Virus record (IMG/VR): IMGVR_UViG_2877982868_000014
DNA length: 64,000 nucleotides
DNA from: a virus
Lineage: Duplodnaviria; Heunggongvirae; Uroviricota; Caudoviricetes
Reading direction: 5' to 3' (one strand)
The notes beneath the pieces are model-generated. The model did not search any database, was not told the DNA's origin, and was given only the letters and a program-made list of their open reading frames with translations. Below, in pieces: positions 59,958-64,000 of this stretch (its first letter is position 1; each line of letters begins with the position of its first letter). The translations under genes and the position numbers were made by a program.

Positions 59958-60317
59958 TCACAACCTCCTTCCCTCCTCCCCGAAACGGACTCCACCGGCG
60001 AGGCCCGCCGCCTTCTGCATCAGTACATCATTTTCGTCCGGCGTCTCCGCCTGTCCTTCCTCTGCCTCCGGAGCGAACAGGCTGAAATCCGCCGGATGCA
60101 TATCCGGATCGCAAAAAAACAGGCTGAGTACGGCGTACATCAGCCCGGAAAAATGCATATCCAGCTGGGTATCCTGAAAATAATGCGTGCAGTAAAAACG
60201 TCGCCAGTCGGCATATTCGGTGGATGTCATCCCGGCAAGCATGGCGCGCCAGTCGGCTCTCCCCATCTCACGCGCCAGTTTCAGGACAAAGTTCAGCTCG
60301 CCTTCGAATGCTTTTTT
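59958..60317 (-). CDS. Tail assembly chaperone T region (expressed as G-T fusion by -1 frameshift)
   Basis: Reading the -1 frame from slippery A AAA AAG (60311..60317) gives KKAFEGELNFVLKLAREMGRADWRAML... Confidence 0.7.
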   Translation of the reverse strand, partial: KKAFEGELNFVLKLAREMGRADWRAMLAGMTSTEYADWRRFYCTHYFQDTQLDMHFSGLMYAVLSLFFCDPDMHPADFSLFAPEAEEGQAETPDENDVLMQKAAGLAGGVRFGEEGRRL

Positions 60318-60715
60318 GATGTTACCGGCTCAGTCGCTTCTGTTTTCCCGGTTGGTTCAGGATCGGCATCGTGCCGGTTATCCAGCATACCTGAAAGATA
60401 AAGCACCCGGTTCGTTGCCTGATTCAGTGCATCAGCAGGCCATCCCAGCATCACTTCACGGCGGATCTGCTGCATCTCTGTCTCCGGAGAGGCCAGAGTG
60501 CCTTTGAGGGAATGGGAATGCCATAGCGACATCGCCACAAGCAGGGATGCCGTTTCCAGATATCGCTGGTTAATGTGCACGACATCATGCTTCGTTGTCT
60601 CCTGTTGTTCTGCGTCTGAAACAAACTTTATATAATCAAACCGCTGCAGCGCAGACAATTCGGAAAGCGTGACGGACACACCGTTATATTCAAATTGTTC
60701 TGTTTTCAGAAACAT
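60293..60715 (-). CDS. Tail assembly chaperone G
   Basis: MFLKTEQFEYNGVSVTLSELSALQR... matches lambda G; slippery heptamer 18 nt before stop. Confidence 0.85.
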   Translation of the reverse strand: MFLKTEQFEYNGVSVTLSELSALQRFDYIKFVSDAEQQETTKHDVVHINQRYLETASLLVAMSLWHSHSLKGTLASPETEMQQIRREVMLGWPADALNQATNRVLYLSGMLDNRHDADPEPTGKTEATEPVTSKKHSKAS

Positions 60716-60728
60716 GTATTACCTCCGT

Positions 60729-61481
60729 TTACCCTGCAGCGCCCGCTTCAGTAACGGTGACTTCAGCCACTGCGGCGAACTGACCATTTCCGCTCACCAC
60801 AGGGATCTGCACCTTACCTGTCGCCACGCCGTTTACCGTAATTGTCATATCTTTCACACTAATGGTGGCTTTCGACGGATCGGCGGAAACCGCTCTGAAC
60901 GTCTTGTCGGTTGCACTTTCCGGCTCAAAAGAAACCGTCAGGGTGGTTGTTTTCCCTTTTGCCACCGTACCGGATGTCGGTGTCACCTTAATTGCAGTGG
61001 CCGGCGTAATTTCGCTGCGTTCTTCCGCCACGGAAGGTTTGCCCACGTTAGTGACTTTCACCGTGCGGGTGATCACTTCTTTCGCCGTCACGGCCTTACC
61101 GATACTGCTGACCCAGCCACGGAACACATCCACCGTGCCATTTGGGAAACGGATTTTATAGGCCCGCACATCCCCGCTTTCAAACCAGCCTATAAGCCCT
61201 TTCTGACCTTCTTCTCCCGGTTTCCAGGCCAGCGTAAAACTGGTATCTCCTGCAGACTTCTGCCCCTGCCCGGTCGCGGTCCAGTCCGCGTCTTCATCAT
61301 CCAGGTAGTTATCATCGTAGGGTTCTGCCGTCATCTCGCCCGGCGTCAGATCCTTCACCTTAGCCAGTCGCTGCCAGTCATCGTCTGACAACGGGTTTGC
61401 ATAAGCATCACCCTTGCCGTTGTAAACCCACAGAGTGGTACCGGCACCTTTTACCGGCTCAAGGGGATTTGGTGTTGCCAT
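60729..61481 (-). CDS. Major tail protein V (with C-terminal Ig-like domain)
   Basis: [25 protein letters not shown]... matches lambda V. Confidence 0.9.
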   Translation of the reverse strand: MATPNPLEPVKGAGTTLWVYNGKGDAYANPLSDDDWQRLAKVKDLTPGEMTAEPYDDNYLDDEDADWTATGQGQKSAGDTSFTLAWKPGEEGQKGLIGWFESGDVRAYKIRFPNGTVDVFRGWVSSIGKAVTAKEVITRTVKVTNVGKPSVAEERSEITPATAIKVTPTSGTVAKGKTTTLTVSFEPESATDKTFRAVSADPSKATISVKDMTITVNGVATGKVQIPVVSGNGQFAAVAEVTVTEAGAAG

Positions 61482-61488
61482 ATCGTCC

Positions 61489-61887
61489 TCACATCTCGTA
61501 GGTAATTTTCCACAGGAGATCTGCCGATCCCCACATCATAAACTCATCATCCCGGCGGTAGTCATACCCCTGAAGATTCATCTTCAGCAGTAATGCACTG
61601 AGCCCGGGAACTGCCTCCAGCGCAGGAAGAATTTTTTCTTCCATCCACATATCCAGTGCCGAGTCCGGTTCTTTTGCCCTGAGAAAAACCTCAATATGCA
61701 GTGTCGCCTCCCAGGTTCCCTCATCAACGAACTCGTCAGCAGCAGACGCATCTGTCAGGTAAACAGCAACAGCAGGCAGTTCCTGTTCATCAATAAAAAC
61801 CGGGCGACCGTCAAACCAGCTCACCCTCTCAGAAATATTTTCTTTCAGGGCAGACAGAACTGCCGCCCGTATTTCACGGTGTTTCAT
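61489..61887 (-). CDS. Tail terminator protein U
   Basis: [14 protein letters not shown]...WKITYEM matches lambda U. Confidence 0.85.
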   Translation of the reverse strand: MKHREIRAAVLSALKENISERVSWFDGRPVFIDEQELPAVAVYLTDASAADEFVDEGTWEATLHIEVFLRAKEPDSALDMWMEEKILPALEAVPGLSALLLKMNLQGYDYRRDDEFMMWGSADLLWKITYEM

Positions 61888-61899
61888 ACACCCTCCCAG

Positions 61900-62529
61900 T
61901 CATTTTCTTTTCAGCACCAGGCGTAACTGATGCGTCATGGCTTTCATCATCTGCGCCGGTAATTTTTCCCGGTACATCCGGTCCCGTTCACGTTCAAAGG
62001 TTTCTGCCAGCGGTCCGGCAGTCGTAATCTTCACCACTTCGATCGGCAGACGGTGGCGTTTCGGCCTCCCTTTGCTGTCCGCGCCGGTGGATGATGATGC
62101 CCACGGCATACGCTGCATCACATGCCAGCGTCCGTTAGCCAGCCGGGTGATAAAGGCGTCCGGGATCCGTCTTTTCCCCACAATCAGCACACTGCCGCCC
62201 CCTTTCAGGGCCGCACGCTGTCCTTTCTTTCTCCGTTTTCTGCGGGAAAGTCGAACGCGGGCCTCCCCCAGTTTGATGGCGGGCAGGTTGCCGGTATTGA
62301 TGTAAACCTTTGCGTAAACCTTATCCGGTCGTGCCGGACTTAACCGGATGCGGGCACGGATAAGACGACGGGGAACGGCCAGCTCCCTGGCAACTGAAGA
62401 GGCCGTTTTCGCAATAATGGCCCCCGCCACTCGGTTCAGTGTCGTGGCAGAGGCCCGGGGAACGGCACGGCGATCAATTGCATCCAGATTTTTCATGGCC
62501 TGCGCCAGACCTTTTATTGCCATACTCAT
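61900..62529 (-). CDS. Tail completion protein Z
   Basis: ...RRKRRKKGQRAALKGGGSVLIVGKRRIP... matches lambda Z. Confidence 0.85.
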   Translation of the reverse strand: MSMAIKGLAQAMKNLDAIDRRAVPRASATTLNRVAGAIIAKTASSVARELAVPRRLIRARIRLSPARPDKVYAKVYINTGNLPAIKLGEARVRLSRRKRRKKGQRAALKGGGSVLIVGKRRIPDAFITRLANGRWHVMQRMPWASSSTGADSKGRPKRHRLPIEVVKITTAGPLAETFERERDRMYREKLPAQMMKAMTHQLRLVLKRK

Positions 62530-62807
62530 TCCTGTTCGACAAAAATCCGGGGTTTACCGTTGTACGTGTCATAACGGGTCACCGTCAGTGTGCGCCCCGC
62601 AAACACAACAACATCATGACGGGCCGGACGGTACCGGGCTGAAAACACCACCAGTGACAACTGGCTGCCCGAAAGCGCCCCCATCTCCGCGGACTCTTCC
62701 TCCGGCATCACGTCGTACACGACGCCGTTAATCTCCGCCTGTTTGCCCATCACCCGAACGGTCGCCACGTCCATCCGGCAACACATTCGCGTAAACAGAT
62801 CAGACAT
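62526..62807 (-). CDS. Head-tail joining protein (FII-position)
   Basis: 93 aa at lambda FII position; sequence not obviously FII. Confidence 0.45.
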   Translation of the reverse strand: MSDLFTRMCCRMDVATVRVMGKQAEINGVVYDVMPEEESAEMGALSGSQLSLVVFSARYRPARHDVVVFAGRTLTVTRYDTYNGKPRIFVEQE

Positions 62808-63126
62808 TGATTTTTACCGCCACAGTGGCGCTGTTTGCAGGGGCATTTTCCCAGGCTACCCCCGCTGCCACCGCACCGTCTGCAGCCAGCTGCACAACCC
62901 CGTCCTTCAGATAAACCACCGCGCCGGACTGAATGTCGTCAGCAGACTGTTTGGGCAGCAGGAACACGCCTTCGGCAAAACCGTCACCGGCCTCACCGGC
63001 AGGAATATCGGTAATGGCCACGGCCACCATACTGCCGACCACCACCGCAGCACCGCTCAGGATGGTCTGATCTCCGGCATTCACCAGTTCAATGGTGGTA
63101 CCGTCCTGTACAAAATTTTTCGCCAT
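62800..63126 (-). CDS. Small head-associated protein (possible decoration/DUF2190-like)
   Basis: 108 aa Ala/Val/Gly-rich, directly downstream of major capsid gene. Confidence 0.4.
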   Translation of the reverse strand: MAKNFVQDGTTIELVNAGDQTILSGAAVVVGSMVAVAITDIPAGEAGDGFAEGVFLLPKQSADDIQSGAVVYLKDGVVQLAADGAVAAGVAWENAPANSATVAVKINV

Positions 63127-63171
63127 AATGCTGTTTCTCCGGACAGCCCCTGTGGGGCTGTTTTTCAGGCA

Positions 63172-63191
63172 TAAAAAAAGCCCTTTCGGGC
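63172..63191 (-). terminator. Hairpin plus U-tract after capsid gene (possible attenuator)
   Basis: Minus-strand GCCC-GAAA-GGGC followed by TTTTTTT. Confidence 0.4.
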
Positions 63192-63213
63192 AGTGATTGT
63201 GATAACGCGGTTA

Positions 63214-64000
63214 TCAGGCCACCGACGAACGCACCAGCCCGCGCCAGTCAAGTGGTGCCACTCCGGCATCAATACGGATTTTTGTGGCAATGCCGTCAGT
63301 GGTGAAACCTTCCTGCTGATCAATGTATGGCGTGTCCACACCATCCAGCCAGGCCACTTCAATGGTGTCAGTGCCCTGTGCCGCCGCCAGATACCAGGTT
63401 TTCGGGTCTGCCGCATCAAGACGCGCTTCTGCAATCACCTCAGCAAAGTTCTGGATAGGGTTAATGACACCGGCGTTTGCATCCGCCCCTTTCACACTGG
63501 CCGATTTGATGGTCTGGTTCGCCACCGTCTCCAGTGCCACCGGTACCAGCATAAAGGCCGGACGGATATTCAGGGCACGATCGCCTTCTTTCTGCAGGCG
63601 CATCATCTGACGGGCCGCATCCAGTCCGGAAACGGAGATCCCCCCGGTGGCAATATTTTTGTGATCGGCATGGAACAGCGCCTTACCGTCGGACAGTTTC
63701 GGGTTATCCGTCAGCACCTTGTAGACCAGGTCACCAATCGTTGCCTTCGCCGCACGCCCCATCTTCATCGGCACGTCCACCAGCATATTCAGATCATCAT
63801 TGATAATGGCCTGGCGGGTGATGGAGAAAATCTCCCCGTAAGTGGCCAGTGCAATGGTCTCCTTGCGATCTGAGGTGGTGATGTATTTATACTCCGCCCC
63901 CTCACGAACCTGGCGCAGAGAACCAAAACCGCCCATCCCCACGCGATACGCTGTTTTGAAGTCTGACAGGCGTCCCTTACGGGTCCACTTCTGGAAGGTT
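63214..64000 (-). CDS. Major capsid protein (HK97-fold), 3' portion; 5' end beyond window
   Basis: Open frame to window edge; capsid-like sequence upstream of FII/Z/U/V. Confidence 0.75.
   Translation of the reverse strand, partial: TFQKWTRKGRLSDFKTAYRVGMGGFGSLRQVREGAEYKYITTSDRKETIALATYGEIFSITRQAIINDDLNMLVDVPMKMGRAAKATIGDLVYKVLTDNPKLSDGKALFHADHKNIATGGISVSGLDAARQMMRLQKEGDRALNIRPAFMLVPVALETVANQTIKSASVKGADANAGVINPIQNFAEVIAEARLDAADPKTWYLAAAQGTDTIEVAWLDGVDTPYIDQQEGFTTDGIATKIRIDAGVAPLDWRGLVRSSVA

Larger units (their letters stand above)
48045..64000 (-). mobile_element. Lambdoid prophage, late/tail arm (continues beyond window end), integrated in mlrA
   Basis: Lambda-order genes capsid-FII-Z-U-V-G/T-H-M-L-K-I-J-lom-fibre read on minus strand; junction inside mlrA. 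Confidence 0.85.

Noticed and set aside
48045-64000. Shiga toxin genes in the mlrA-integrated prophage
   Set aside because: Only the tail/late structural arm is in the window; no toxin-like ORF seen, so presence of stx cannot be claimed.

Overview
The window reads as Escherichia coli chromosome around the yehLMPQ-yehRS-btsSR-mlrA locus, occupied by three mobile elements. Calls rest on ORF translations, motifs read directly from the sequence and recalled family features; no database search was run. (1) A nearly complete Mu-like transposable prophage (1 to about 39300, inverted in the window): mom/com at the window start, a Gin-invertible tail-fibre segment, Mu-type tail, head and lysis modules, and the early operon (gam, B, A, ner, c). 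Its left end is inserted in a host ORF that I infer to be yehM; the right end lies beyond position 1. (2) An IS629-like IS3-family element (42895..44204, 1310 bp) inserted exactly in the yehQ stop codon. (3) The late/tail arm of a lambdoid prophage (48045..64000) integrated at codon 22 of mlrA (yehV). The IS629 copy plus a lambdoid prophage in mlrA suggest an EHEC O157:H7-like background (inference). No rRNA, tRNA or CRISPR array was seen. The best candidates for undescribed biology are the Mu-like accessory regions: a nine-gene expansion of the early region between gam and gemA (low-GC part, a strongly acidic 103-aa protein, a Myb/SANT-like multi-HTH protein), and a moron island between gin and com/mom carrying a 679-aa SASA/SGNH esterase with small acidic and membrane proteins and a convergent zinc-ribbon gene.
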